A stretch of DNA of 64,000 bases from Macrostomum lignano (lineage: Eukaryota): positions 620,001 to 684,000 of the forward strand of contig NIVC01000269.1 in the NCBI GenBank assembly GCA_002269645.1, in the 5' to 3' direction. A program made the position numbers and the translations under genes. This document shows, in pieces, positions 22,029-33,844 of the stretch. Numbering within the stretch: the first letter of the stretch is position 1; each line of letters starts with the position of its first letter. The notes below the pieces were generated by a model. It saw only the letters and a list, made by a program, of their open reading frames with translations. It was not told the origin of the DNA and made no database searches.

Positions 22029-23412
22029 CGAGGGCTGAGTAATAAGTTTCCGGATGTGCATAGTTGAGAGGCGGCTGACAAAATCTGACACCATATAGGT
22101 GTCAAGTACATTTATAAAGTACAATGTTTGTAAAGTTTCAGACAAACTGGTCATATATAGCCAGTGCAGCACCCAAACCAAGCTAGAATACCCACCCTTA
22201 TCTATCGAATTCACAATGGAGCTCAATAGGAGTCATTTTAGAGCAATGATTTATTACGATTTTAAAAGTGGTTTGCGGCAGCAAGAAAGTCTTGAGCGAT
22301 TGCGAGGATTTTTGGGGATGAAGCACCTTCTAGATCCACCGTTTTTGACTAGTTTGCCGAATTTCGACGTGGCAGGCAGAGTCTGGATGATGAGGAGCGC
22401 AGCGGCCAGCCTGTCTCCGCAACGACCGAGGACAGCCTGTCTCCGCAACGACCGAGGACAGCCTGTCTCCGCAACGACCGAGGACAGCCTGTCTCCGCAA
22501 CGACCGAGGATAATGTTGCTGCTGTCCGGGCCATGGTTGAGAATGATGCCCGAGTGACTGTGGCCCAGATAGAGACAGAGGTGGGCATCTCATCAGGATT
22601 CATCAGGACGATCCTATATTCACAGCTCAACCTGAGCAAGATTTCTGCACGCTGGGTGCCTCATCAGCTGGCTCCGGAGCAGGAGGCTCGGGTGACCTGG
22701 TGCCGCACCATGCTCGACAGATTCAACGGAGGCAGCTCAAACTTGGTCTGGGATATCGTCAGTGGTGACGAGTCCTGGATCTATAGTTTCAACCCGGAGA
22801 CTAAGCAGCAGTCGGCCCAGCGGACTCCAGTTAGCGGCACCCCACCATCCAAGCTCGTCGAGATCGCGCAGCGTGGCGAAGCAGATGGTGGCCGTTTTTG
22901 TGGCGAAAACCGGTCATCTGGCCACGCGGTTCCACTCGTGCAGCAGCGCACAGTTACCAGTGACTGGTACGCCAACGTTTGCCTGCCAGAAGTGCTGAGC
23001 GCTCTCTCCAGGCGTCGCCCAAGGACTCGAGCTCGGGGCATCCTTCTCCATCTCAACAACGCCCCGGCCCACAAGGCTCGACAGGTGGCGGAGTTCCTAG
23101 CCGGAGAGCGCATTCAAGAGCTCGGTCATCCACCCTACAGCCCCGACCTGGCCCCCTGCGACTTCTTTGTGCTTCCACAAATCAAGTGCAGGCCATGCGT
23201 GGAATCCGCTATGGATCACCAAAGCTGCGTGGACTGGAGGCCTTCACCCTGCATGTGGAGAAGGTGCCTGCTTCAGATTGGTCCAGCTGCTTCAGCAAGT
23301 GATTTAGGCGCATGAAAATTTGCATCGAATCTGCTGAAGAGTACTTTGAAAAGATGTAACTGTTTTTTTCTCTAACTATTTCTGTCTGGGCACATCCGGA
23401 AACTTATTGTTC
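22029..23412 (+). pseudogene. Degenerate mariner transposon (D,D34D-type transposase with frameshifts) nested in the KDZ element
   Basis: Left end TA|CGAGGGCTGAGTAATAAGTTTCCGGATGTGC and a partial right TIR (CACATCCGGAAACTTATT). Motifs KISARWVPHQL, GDESWIY, (H)NNAPAH and YSPDLAPCDF are split over frames. An internal 26-bp unit is repeated three times at about 22428-22510. Confidence 0.9.
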
Positions 23413-24592
23413 GGGGGGGGGGGTTCTAACTTCATTTGCTGAGTGTCCATATCGATTGACAAAATGCTGTCAGCGTGGGTGCGTAGCCTGCAGACTTACA
23501 TGTACACTGCATGTACGCTCCTACATGTATTGCAAGTAAGTCATGTAACATTATCTGCATTCAGCCGTATGAAAATTTACACGTACAGCCGATAAGGGTG
23601 CGATTAAGGTCCTTGATCATATTGGCAAAAAGGAGCGGACTGTTTCAATGTCGCTTGATCAGTACTCGATCGACATGTTACATGTTACTCGGGCTCCACT
23701 TTATGAGCTTAAATTGACAGACCCTTTCTTTCTCAAAAGTTTGCAAATAAGATGCAAAAAACCGTGCACTACGCGAAGGCGAAACTTGAAAAATTTCTCT
23801 TGATAAAGTAATTCGTATTTATACTCCTAGTAAAACAGCAGAAATTCGTTGCTTAATGTAATTTAATTAAACATGCATATAGATATTAGTATTTTTTTGT
23901 TTAAATTGACACAAAGAAAAACTTACTTGCTCTTTATGTCACGCTTGCTTGTGCGGATCGTTAAATATTACAAGAACAGATGTGTGGTCTGATCTCATCT
24001 TGAAAGTAAAAACTATACAAAAGGAGAACAAGAACAAGTAAAAATATACAAAAATAAATTACAGGCATTGAAATGATGCATGAGGCTTTCTCTGCTTTGT
24101 CACTTAAAATGAGTAGCACATTACATTGTAGGAAGCGGAAATAAGTCATAATGATGGCAGAAACTGATATCATTTGTGTACATAGGCCAAGTGTAGCTCG
24201 TAAGTAATGCTAAGATGGCTCGCATAAATGCGGGGCAGATGGTGAAAAAATGCTCAGCTGATGTGTGGTGAGAGACTGGGACAGTCATTACTATGCATAC
24301 TTATTTTTTGTACGAAAATGTTTTTAAACCCCGAACCCGGTACCAAAACCCGACCGACCCTGACCCCAATTAATGCAATCAGAACTATCCTTACTTTTCC
24401 TGGGGCATCTTAGCATAACTTAGTTAAGTTACTAGACCCCACAAATACAATATAAATCGCAACACTCAGCAAAAAGTTAAGCAATATTGTAGTTCAGTAA
24501 TTGAACAAACAATTGAATACGACTTTTTTTTACAAATAAGCATGGTTGAAAAGTTATCAAAATGTACCAAAGTTGCTGATGCACTTTAGTTA

Positions 24593-27500
24593 TCAATCAA
24601 GTTCGTCCTCCGATGAAGATGAGCCCGAGCAGTCGGAACTTTTGTTGCTGCAGACCTCTGTAATGGGCAACCTAAATGAGTTAAATCGAGCTAGAGAATC
24701 TCGTTCCGCATTGACCCGCTGGACTTCTTCTGTTGAGCGAATAGAAGTGGTGAAAATTTCAATAGCCGCAAGCTGCACAGCGAGAGGAAAAGGCCGGATG
24801 GTGTGGTTATCAAGACGGGAGTATATCGCCGACGAAGCGTTTTCCAGCTCCTTCAATGTATACTGGCTTCCGCTGGATTCGAGCACTTTCTTCATTTCTG
24901 TGCGTAGTACATCAACTTTGCGCGTCAGCAGACGACTCTGGTGCGAACCTGGTGGGTAAAATTTAGCATTTACGCAAATTAATGATACTGATTTGGATAG
25001 ATGATAAGATGGCAAAAAAGGTTTTGACACTGAATTTATAAGTACTCGTATATATTACGCGATGTGATTTACCAATGCATCTATTAAGTGCGTTCAAGGC
25101 CTGCCGCTTCTCGACTGCAAGCCGGCGCATCTTTTGAAGCCAATCGCTGGTTCGCTGAGTAGCCGCATGTGCATCTTCGCGAAGCCATTGTTCACCTAAT
25201 TGCAGCAACTGCTGGTAGGTGAAGTCTAAAATTTTGGTAATTAGTAGTAATTTCAGCATCTACGCATACGAAATTTGAGTTTATACTCGTTTCATTTATG
25301 AAATGAGTACGCGAAGAGATAAACGGTAACATCCAAACGCTGCATATGCATCAACTAACCTGCTTGTGGTACGAGCTGTCGAACTTCACGAACTTTCTGA
25401 TCAATCAGATACTTTTTCTTTGAAAGAAGCTTATCTCTCGATACCAGCCACGACTCTGTGGAAAAATTAACATACTCGTCAGAATGAAATAAAAAATTGG
25501 ACAGCTAGACATTGACACGTCACTTTTGTAAAGCGGCAGACAAAAAATTGTTATTGGCTAGCTAACCGAAATCCAAACGCAGATGATACATCCCAATGAT
25601 ATGTGCGATGAGTCTGGTGCGCCGGTCGATCCGCATCTCTTTTAATATGCGCCCGTAGGGACGTAAAAACGAAAAAATGCGTTCGCAGATCTCGCCGTCG
25701 GTGATGCCAGTTCCAGAGGTAACGCGGATTGAGTTGTTCAGCTAAATTGGAAGGAAATTATTAAGTAATTATTACTCATTACATTATAGAAATACGACCA
25801 TACGTTTAACAACTACTTGAGTTTTATGGATTTATTGCGAAATATAAATACTGTACGCAATACGCATTAACCTACTATCACCTAGCATCACCTAGCATGA
25901 GTGAACCCGTGAGATGATTATTTTAAATAACCAAGAAACACTTCTAGCTGAACTTACACGGCATTTAGACTCGTGGCCATAAGCGTGAAAAACCGGCACA
26001 GCAAGCTTTGATTTCACTTTGCTTCCAATTTTACACGCGACATCATACACAAACGTCACGGACTCCTCCTGGACGCCAAGACGTTGCACTGCTGCTCGCA
26101 GTAGAGTTGTAGGGTAGATGAGACTAAATGTAGAAAAAAAGAAGCTGATTTGCATCAGTAAAAAGAGCCAAAAATATTCTGTTAGTCATTTCTTACCGTG
26201 AAGGCACAATAAATAAAAAAAACACATATAAACACACCGCTCTCCAGGAGTGCGCACATCAGAGCACGACCAGATAAACCCATGGCGACAGGCAACAATA
26301 AAAAAGCCTTTGACGTCCAGCTTTGAGGATGCACGACAAATGTAAGATGTTTCTCCTGCAGTCCAGTTCGGGCAAGCGCCGCGTGCAGGTGCAATGGCTT
26401 GTCCAGACAGATCAACACGCGCAAACGGAAACGGCAGATCTGCGTCCAGAGGGTCCTGGAAAATCTCCGCTCCTACAGCAGCTCGACGCCTCCACCCCAT
26501 TAGGGCGTCGCCGTGCAGGATGGGTCCCTAAGTCAAAGACAGTAATATTTCTGATAAATGAAAAGCTCTTCACATTAAAAATTTCATCACAAAGCATTCA
26601 TCTTTGTCTCACCAAATCTTTCGATCGGCATAAAGTGCACACAGAAGGAAATTGTGCGACTTCAGCTAAAAATTCTCGATACAGGCCGAGGGTGTTGTTT
26701 CGTCGAAGGTCATAGTACAGATCCCGCTGCAGTAAATTAATAAAAACATTTTTGAAACATCTTACTCTAAACATTTTACTCTAAGAGCCCTTAGAGTAAA
26801 AATAAAAGGTTTACGAGTATGTTGGGCTTCAATTATTTTTACTGCACTGTCTCACTCCACTGGATTGTAGTAATACATTTGCCATTCGAGGGAGGAATGG
26901 TAGAATTGACCTAATGGTTCATCGTGAATTGATAATCTAAAAGTCTAATTTAAAATTGATTCCGCTCATTAAAAAGTTAGACTAAAGAAATTACGTTCGG
27001 TCGCTGGCCAAAAACGATTCTTCTGTTCTGAAGGATGGTACAAGCCTTCGATAATGATGTAATTCCGTGTATCATGATGGAATCTAAACTGTTCAACAGT
27101 TCGAAAGATGCGAAGACTGAAGTACGGTCGGACAAAGGAAAATAGTTACGAGCAACGAGAAATTCAGTACAATGACAACTAGCACAAGCATCGATAATGG
27201 CCGAATGGTAACCTACAAGGAGAGGTACATTAAGTAGAACAATTAAGGTTAGTAGATTTCCAAAAGCAAACTTTGCAGGATACAAGATTTGATTAATTAG
27301 TTATTTTAGTTCGTGCCACAATAGAAGGTAAAAATAACTTTCCTCCAAAAGCGTCCAAAAGCGTCACTTTTAATGATGAGCCAGGCGTGCAGCCACACGC
27401 AAACTTGATACTTAGGTCAAGAGGCTCTCGATTCTGAAATTTTATGTCTCTTAAAAATGTGCTCACTCAATCGTAGAGGATTAATGAATTGAATAGAATA

Positions 27501-27921
27501 TTTTTGAATGAATTGAAGATAATTAATTATTTACCTGGTACGCGGAATGTACAAGGCCAATATGACGAGTTCGGACACATTCATCACAGAAAAATGCTGA
27601 ACACTGTGGACAGTATGCAGAGCCAACTTTCAAACATTGGGCACAAACTCCTACCTCTACAGCTTTCAAGAAGGCCGAAAGGATCTCAGGCCTGTTTTTA
27701 GGACTCACATCTTCCCAGTCACAATGCACTCCGCTAGTACTGGGGCCATCTACATGAGAATTTACAACAGTCTCACAATCATCCGGGACACTTGCACCAC
27801 TACTTTCTAGCACGTGAGCGGTTGTGAGACTTCGTTTTAGGACACTCGTTTTCCCTACACCAGACAGCTGCCTTGTGCGCCCGTTGATTCGCACCTTCAG
27901 ATACTTCTTTGAGCGGCCCAT
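24593..27921 (-). CDS. KDZ transposase with an N-terminal CxC (CxC2-like) cysteine cluster; 10 exons, 681 aa
   Basis: Exons 27921-27535, 27433-27343, 27212-26995, 26726-26613, 26527-26238, 26123-25958, 25741-25567, 25455-25360, 25225-25073 and 24948-24593 join phase-compatibly (2046 nt). KDZ motifs: HGDALMGWRRR, KLDVKGFFIVACRHG...PGER.IYP, FVYDVAC, PVFHAYGH...C, GTGITDGEICERIFSFL. The intron 2 donor reads GAAAGT rather than GT. Confidence 0.85.
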
Positions 27922-28065
27922 GAAAGCAAAATAAATTATATGATAGTTTACCAGCGTAGATAAATTAAATCAAATTAGCAAGAAAAAACTATCAGCTAAA
28001 TACAACTGTTGATAGCAAAGCAGAAATGCTGGAAAAGCTGGATCCAACGACGAATAATATTGCAG

Positions 28066-31000
28066 GCTGGATTCCTAAGACAATTGGGAAAGAAGAGTGG
28101 CTAGACTCACCAGAGGATTGGGAAAGGAAAGTGGCTGGATTCCCCAGAGGATTAGGAAAGGGGAGTGGCTGGATTCCCCAGAGGATTAGGAAAGGGGCGT
28201 GGCTGGATTCCCCAGAGGATTTGTAAAGGGGAGTGGCTGGATTCCCTAGAGGATTTGGATAAGAAAGCAGCTAAATTCCCCAGAGGATTGGGAAAGAGAA
28301 GTGGCTAGATTCCCCAGAGGATTAGGAAAGGAGAGTGGCTGGATTCCCTAGAGGATTGGGAAAGGGGAGTGGCTGGATTCCCCAGAGGATTGGGAAAGGG
28401 GAGTGGCTGGATTCCCTAGAGGATTTGGATAAGAAAGCAGCTAAATTCCCCAGAGGATTGGGAAAGAGAAGTGGCTAGATTCCCCAGAGGATTAGGAAAG
28501 GAGAGTGGCTGGATTCCCTAGAGGATTGGGAAAGGGGAGTGGCTGGATTCCCCAGAGGATTGGGAAAGGGGAGTGGCTGGATTCCCCAGAGGATTAGGAA
28601 AGGGGAGTGGCTAGATTCCCCAGAGGATTAGGAAAGGGGAGTGGCTGGATTCCCCAGAGGATTAGGAATGGGGAGTGGCTGGATTCCCCAGAGGATTAGG
28701 AAAGGGGAGTGGCTGGATTCCCCAGAGGATTGGGAAAAGAGTGGCTGGATTCCCCAGAGGATTGGGAATGGGGAGTGGCTGGATTCCCCAGAGGATTAGG
28801 AAAGGGGAGTGGCTGGATTCCCCAAAGGATTAGAAAAGGGGAGTGGCTGGATTCCCCAAAGGATTAGGAAAGGGGAGTGGCTGGATTCCCCAGAGGATTA
28901 GGAAAGGGGAGTGGCTGGATTCCCCAGAGGATTAGGAAAGGGGCGTGGCTGGATTCCCCAGAGGATTTGTAAAGGGGAGTGGCTGGATTCCCTAGAGGAT
29001 TTGGATAAGAAAGCAGCTAAATTCCCCAGAGGATTGGGAAAGAGAAGTGGCTAGATTCCCCAGAGGATTAGGAAAGGAGAGTGGCTGGATTCCCTAGAGG
29101 ATTGGGAAAGGGGAGTGGCTGGATTCCCCAGAGGATTGGGAAAGGGGAGTGGCTGGATTCCCTAGAGGATTTGGATAAGAAAGCAGCTAAATTCCCCAGA
29201 GGATTGGGAAAGAGAAGTGGCTAGATTCCCCAGAGGATTAGGAAAGGAGAGTGGCTGGATTCCCTAGAGGATTGGGAAAAGAGTGGCTGGATTCCCCAGA
29301 GGATTGGGAATGGGGAGTGGCTGGATTCCCCAGAGGATTAGGAAAGGGGAGTGGCTGGATTCCCCAAAGGATTAGAAAAGGGGAGTGGCTGGATTCCCCA
29401 AAGGATTAGGAAAGGGGAGTGGCTGGATTCCCCAGAGGATTAGGAAAGGGGAGTGGCTGGATTCCCCAGAGGATTGGGAATGGGGAGTGGCTGGATTCCC
29501 TAAAAGATTTGTAAAGGGGAGTGGCTAGATTCCCTAGAGGATTTGGACAAGAAAGCAGCTAAATTCCCTAGAGTATTGGGAAGGGGAGTGGCTAGATTCC
29601 CCAAAGGATTAGGAAAGGGGATTGGCTAGATTCCGCAGAGGGTTTGTAAAGAGGAGGGGCTATATTCCCTAGAGGATTAGGAAAGAGGAGTGGCTAGATT
29701 CTCTAGAGGATTTGGATAAAAAAGCAGCTAAATTTCCTAGAGGATTGGGAAAATGGAGTGGCTGGATTTTCTAGAGGATTGGGAAAATGGAGTGGCTGGA
29801 TTCCCTAAAGGATTAGGAAAGGGGTGGCTGGATTCCCCAGAGGATTAGGAAAGGGGAGTGGCTGGATTCCCCAGAGGATTAGGAAAGGGGAGTGGCTGGA
29901 TTCCCCAGAGGATTAGGAAAGGGGAGTCTCTGGATTCCCCAGAGGATTAGGAAAGTTGAGTGGCTGGATTCCCCAGAGGATTAGGAAAGGGGAGTGGCTG
30001 GATTCCCCAGAGGATTGGGAAAAGAGTGGCTGGATTCCCCAGAGGATTGGGAAAGGGTCGTGGCTTGATTCCCCAGAGGATTGGGAAAGGGTCGTGGCTT
30101 GATTCCCCAGAGGATTGGGAAAGGGGAGTGGCTGGATTCCCTAGAGGATTGGGAAAGGGGAGTGGCTGGATTCCCCAGAGGATTAGGAAAGGTGAGTGGC
30201 TGGATTCCCCAGAGGATTAGGAAAGGTGAGTGGCTGGATTCCCCAGAGGATTAGGAAAGGGGAGTGGCTGGATTCCCTAAAAGATTTGTAAAGGGGAGTG
30301 GCTAGATTCTCTTGAGGATTTGGATAAAAAAGCAGCTAAATTTCCTAGAGGATTGGGAAAATGGAGTGGCTGGATTTTCTAGAGGATTGGGAAAGGGGAG
30401 TGGCTGGATTGGATTCCCCAGAGGATTGGGAATGGGGAGTGGCTGGATTGGATTCCCCAGAGGATTAGGAAAGGGGAGTGGCTGGATTCCCCAGAGGATT
30501 AGGAAAGGGGAGTCTCTGGATTCCCCAGAGGATTAGGAAAGGGGAGTCTCTAGATTCCCCAGAGGATTAGGAAAGGTGAGTGGCTGGATTCCCCAGAGGA
30601 TTAGGAAAGGGGAGTGGCTGGATTCCCCAAAGGATTAGGAAAGGTGAGTGGCTAGATTCCCCAGAGGATTAGGAAAGGGGAGTGGCTGGATTCCCCAGAG
30701 GATTAGGAAAGGGGAGTGGCTAGATTCCCCAGAGGATTGGGAATGGGGAGTGGCTGGATTCCCTAAAAGATTTGTAAAGGGGAGTGGCTAGATTCCCTAG
30801 AGGATTTGGATAAGAAAGCAGCTAAATTCCCTAGAGTATTGGGAAGGGGAGTGGCTAGATTCCCCAAAGGATTAGGAAAGGGGATTGGCTAGATTCCGCA
30901 GAGGGTTTGTAAAGAGGAGGGGCTATATTCCCTAGAGGATTAGGAAAGAGGAGTGGCTAGATTCTCTAGAGGATTTGGATAAAAAAGCAGCTAAATTTCC

Positions 31001-32165
31001 TAGAGGATTGGGAAAATGGAGTGGCTGGATTTTCTAGAGGATTGGGAAAGAGAAGTGGCTGGATTCCCTAAAGGATTTGGATAAGAAAGCAGCTAGATTA
31101 TTCAGAGGATTGGGAAAGGGGAGTGCCTGGATTCCTTAGAAGATCTGGATAAGAAAGCAGCTGGATTCCCTAGAGGATTGAGAAGGGAGGGTGGCTGAAT
31201 TCCCCAGAAGATTGGGAATTGGGAGTGGCTAGATGCCCTAGAAGATTTAGATAAGAAAGCAGCTAAATTCCTAGAGGATTGAGATAGGAAAGTGGCTAAA
31301 TTTCTTAGATGATTAAGATAAGAGAGAGGATAGATTACTTAAAGGATTAGGGTTATAGAGCTACTAGATTCTTTAAAGGATTATGATTAAGATAAGGGAA
31401 AGCTATATTGTTAGACAAATTAAGGCTAGGCTTAAGGATAAAGTAGCTTTTAAAGATTAATTTAAACTAAAAATTCAAATAAGGAATTTAGCTAGAAAAG
31501 AAACTAAATTGAAAAAAATATATAAAGGCTAAAAAATTATATCTATTCTAAAAATACTAACTTACTAAGCTAAAGAAAAGCTAAATTTCTAAAAAGATCA
31601 GGATTAGAAAAATGTTGGATATAAATTTGATATAAATTTGCAAGCTCTAAGTATAACCCTAGCTAGTATAGGGCCCAACTATTTTATAATGATATATTTT
31701 AATAACATATAATTATAGTGGAGGCTTAGCATTGATTAAAAATAAATGAACAAAGATAGGTCTTTATAAATTAAAAAGATCTATATACAGTATACCCTAC
31801 ATAATAGGCCTGTATAGATGGTTAGGCCTTCTTTTATTAAATGTTTAAAGGTATTATAAATAGACAGTTCCCTGATAACAGTTCTCATTCTGATTTAAAT
31901 ACTCTACACTTTGCAATGCAACTAGTAATATTGCAGTATCAATGAAACTTCTTTCCACTGTTTGAACTAATCCATCGATCTATATTAAAAGCAGCAAAAT
32001 AACGATTTTAATTATGCGCCGAAATTAGTTCATTGGATTTATACACAAGCCCGCTTTTAATTGGGTAGAAGACATGTCACCGTGGCATATGACATGGCAT
32101 TTACCCGATCTTATGCACTCGTTTTTGTACCTTTAGTCCGGGTTTTTATCGATGCCACTCGGGTG
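28066..32165 (-). repeat. Right TIR arm with an expanded 33-bp satellite (about 28066-31420) and the terminal AT-rich segment
   Basis: Reverse complement of the left arm. The inner part of the array is longer and contains internal duplications (for example about 29520-29780 versus 30770-31030). Confidence 0.9.
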
Positions 32166-33844
32166 TTTATTGCACGAAAACTAGAAATACACCAGCATAT
32201 CATCGTCAAATTTTATAGAGTAATTTATTATTTTAAAATAGATAATAATTTCATTTAATTAGTTTTCTGTTTACGGAGCGCCGAACCCTTAAATAAACAT
32301 ATTTTGTTATAATATGACTGTATACCTATGATACGCATTTGTTTAACTTTGAACAATTTGTGCGTCGCGCAACAGGGTACTATCTCAAGTATTACATTGC
32401 TTTGTTCGTGACATTTTCTTGCTATTTACAAATTAATTACAATGCGCATTGCGTTGGATAACGCAAATATAGTAATTCAAAACATTATCTGAAAATTGTT
32501 AGCTACATTTCTTAGCGTGAACGACTGATATGTGCATTTATGCGCGAAATTTAGTATCCCGCTAGGCGCTAATTCATATCTGTGGTTACAAGAATGATTG
32601 CAAAGTTTATGTATCACATAATCCTTTCGGATGATTCAAACATCTATAGGAAGATCTATATGTACTCATATTTTAACTCAGAAGTCTGCTTCAGACGGAA
32701 AAAGAATATATTTATACATCTACAGCAAAAATTAAAGCATGAGTGTATAATAGAGAAGCTTTATAGTAAGTATGAAATTACAAAGGCAGTTTAAATATAG
32801 CACACATGGCATATAAAGAGCTGAGAAAATTCGTGTGCATTGTGTATAGTCTTAAAAAGTGCAAGAAGATGCAAAAACTGGAAAGAAGAGACAAAACAAA
32901 TCAAGCACAGAAATGAAATATGATTGCAAAAAGCTTTGTTGCATTGTAAATATGCATGGAATATTGGAGTTTGGACATCTTAATATATGGTACATATGAA
33001 TTATCTGTAGAATTATCTATGTTTGACTCTAAATGTAATTATTTATTATAAATAAGACATTTTCTTGTCTTATATTTTTTATTCTTGCAAGAAATGTAGT
33101 CTTGCAAACAGCTATATACTCTAGTCTGCTATGAATGGATACAATATTATTAAACAAGAAGAAATTTAAAAAGTACATGTATACTGACTGGTTTATGCTA
33201 AAGTATTACAATCCAAAAGGACTTACAAACGTTACTGCAGGACAAAAACAACTGAAAACAATTTGATGAAATGGGTAGATTAAAAAACATTTATCTGTAT
33301 ATGTAGGCATGAAGGAACTATATAATGAAGCTATCGAAACAGTCATGCTTGGACTTGACTGCCCCTGAATCAATAAAAATAGTGCATGAAGAATGATAGT
33401 ATTTTAAACATAGTGTGCATTTAACACTAGTTTAAAGAAATGTAACAGGATGTGATGGACCGAGTTTTGACATCATGGGTGTCGGATTATAATCCTCCAA
33501 TACTTCGCCTCTTTTGGGCCTTCACCTTCGTCTTACGTTTTCATGTACTTTTAGCCCCTTTAACACATTAATTAGTTGCAGCTAACCTTATTTATTGTCT
33601 ATGACCTCATCCCTACCGTTTAGCCAAGCAATTCCAGCAATAGTGACCTAGCTCATCCTTTGCGTTTACCACTTTTATATCTATGTACAAGACCTCCTCT
33701 CCGTTATAGGTTTCTCTTAGCTTTGCTCCCCTCAGGCGCGTCCATGTTCCTTTCTTTCTGCTTTACCTTTTGCTTCCACTGCCACGAAATACACTCCATC
33801 TACTAACTGCTCATTAGTTTGTTGTCCAAGCGACAAATTTGGTA

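Larger units (their letters stand above)
16597..32165 (-). mobile_element. 15.6-kb KDZ (Kyakuja-Dileera-Zisupton) DNA transposon with giant foldback TIRs
   Basis: Termini are CACCCGAGTGG...CCACTCGGGTG. TTTATTG flanks both ends (16590-16596 and 32166-32172; 7-bp TSD). The arms stay in register (coordinate sum 48762) for about 2.1 kb, and a KDZ transposase gene lies between them. Confidence 0.85.

Noticed and set aside
17500-31300. Many short GFPRGLGKG / WIPQRI ORFs, and a possible CRISPR-like reading of the arrays
   Set aside because: These are frames through the 33-bp satellite. The units are contiguous with no unique spacers, there are no cas genes, and the context is eukaryotic.
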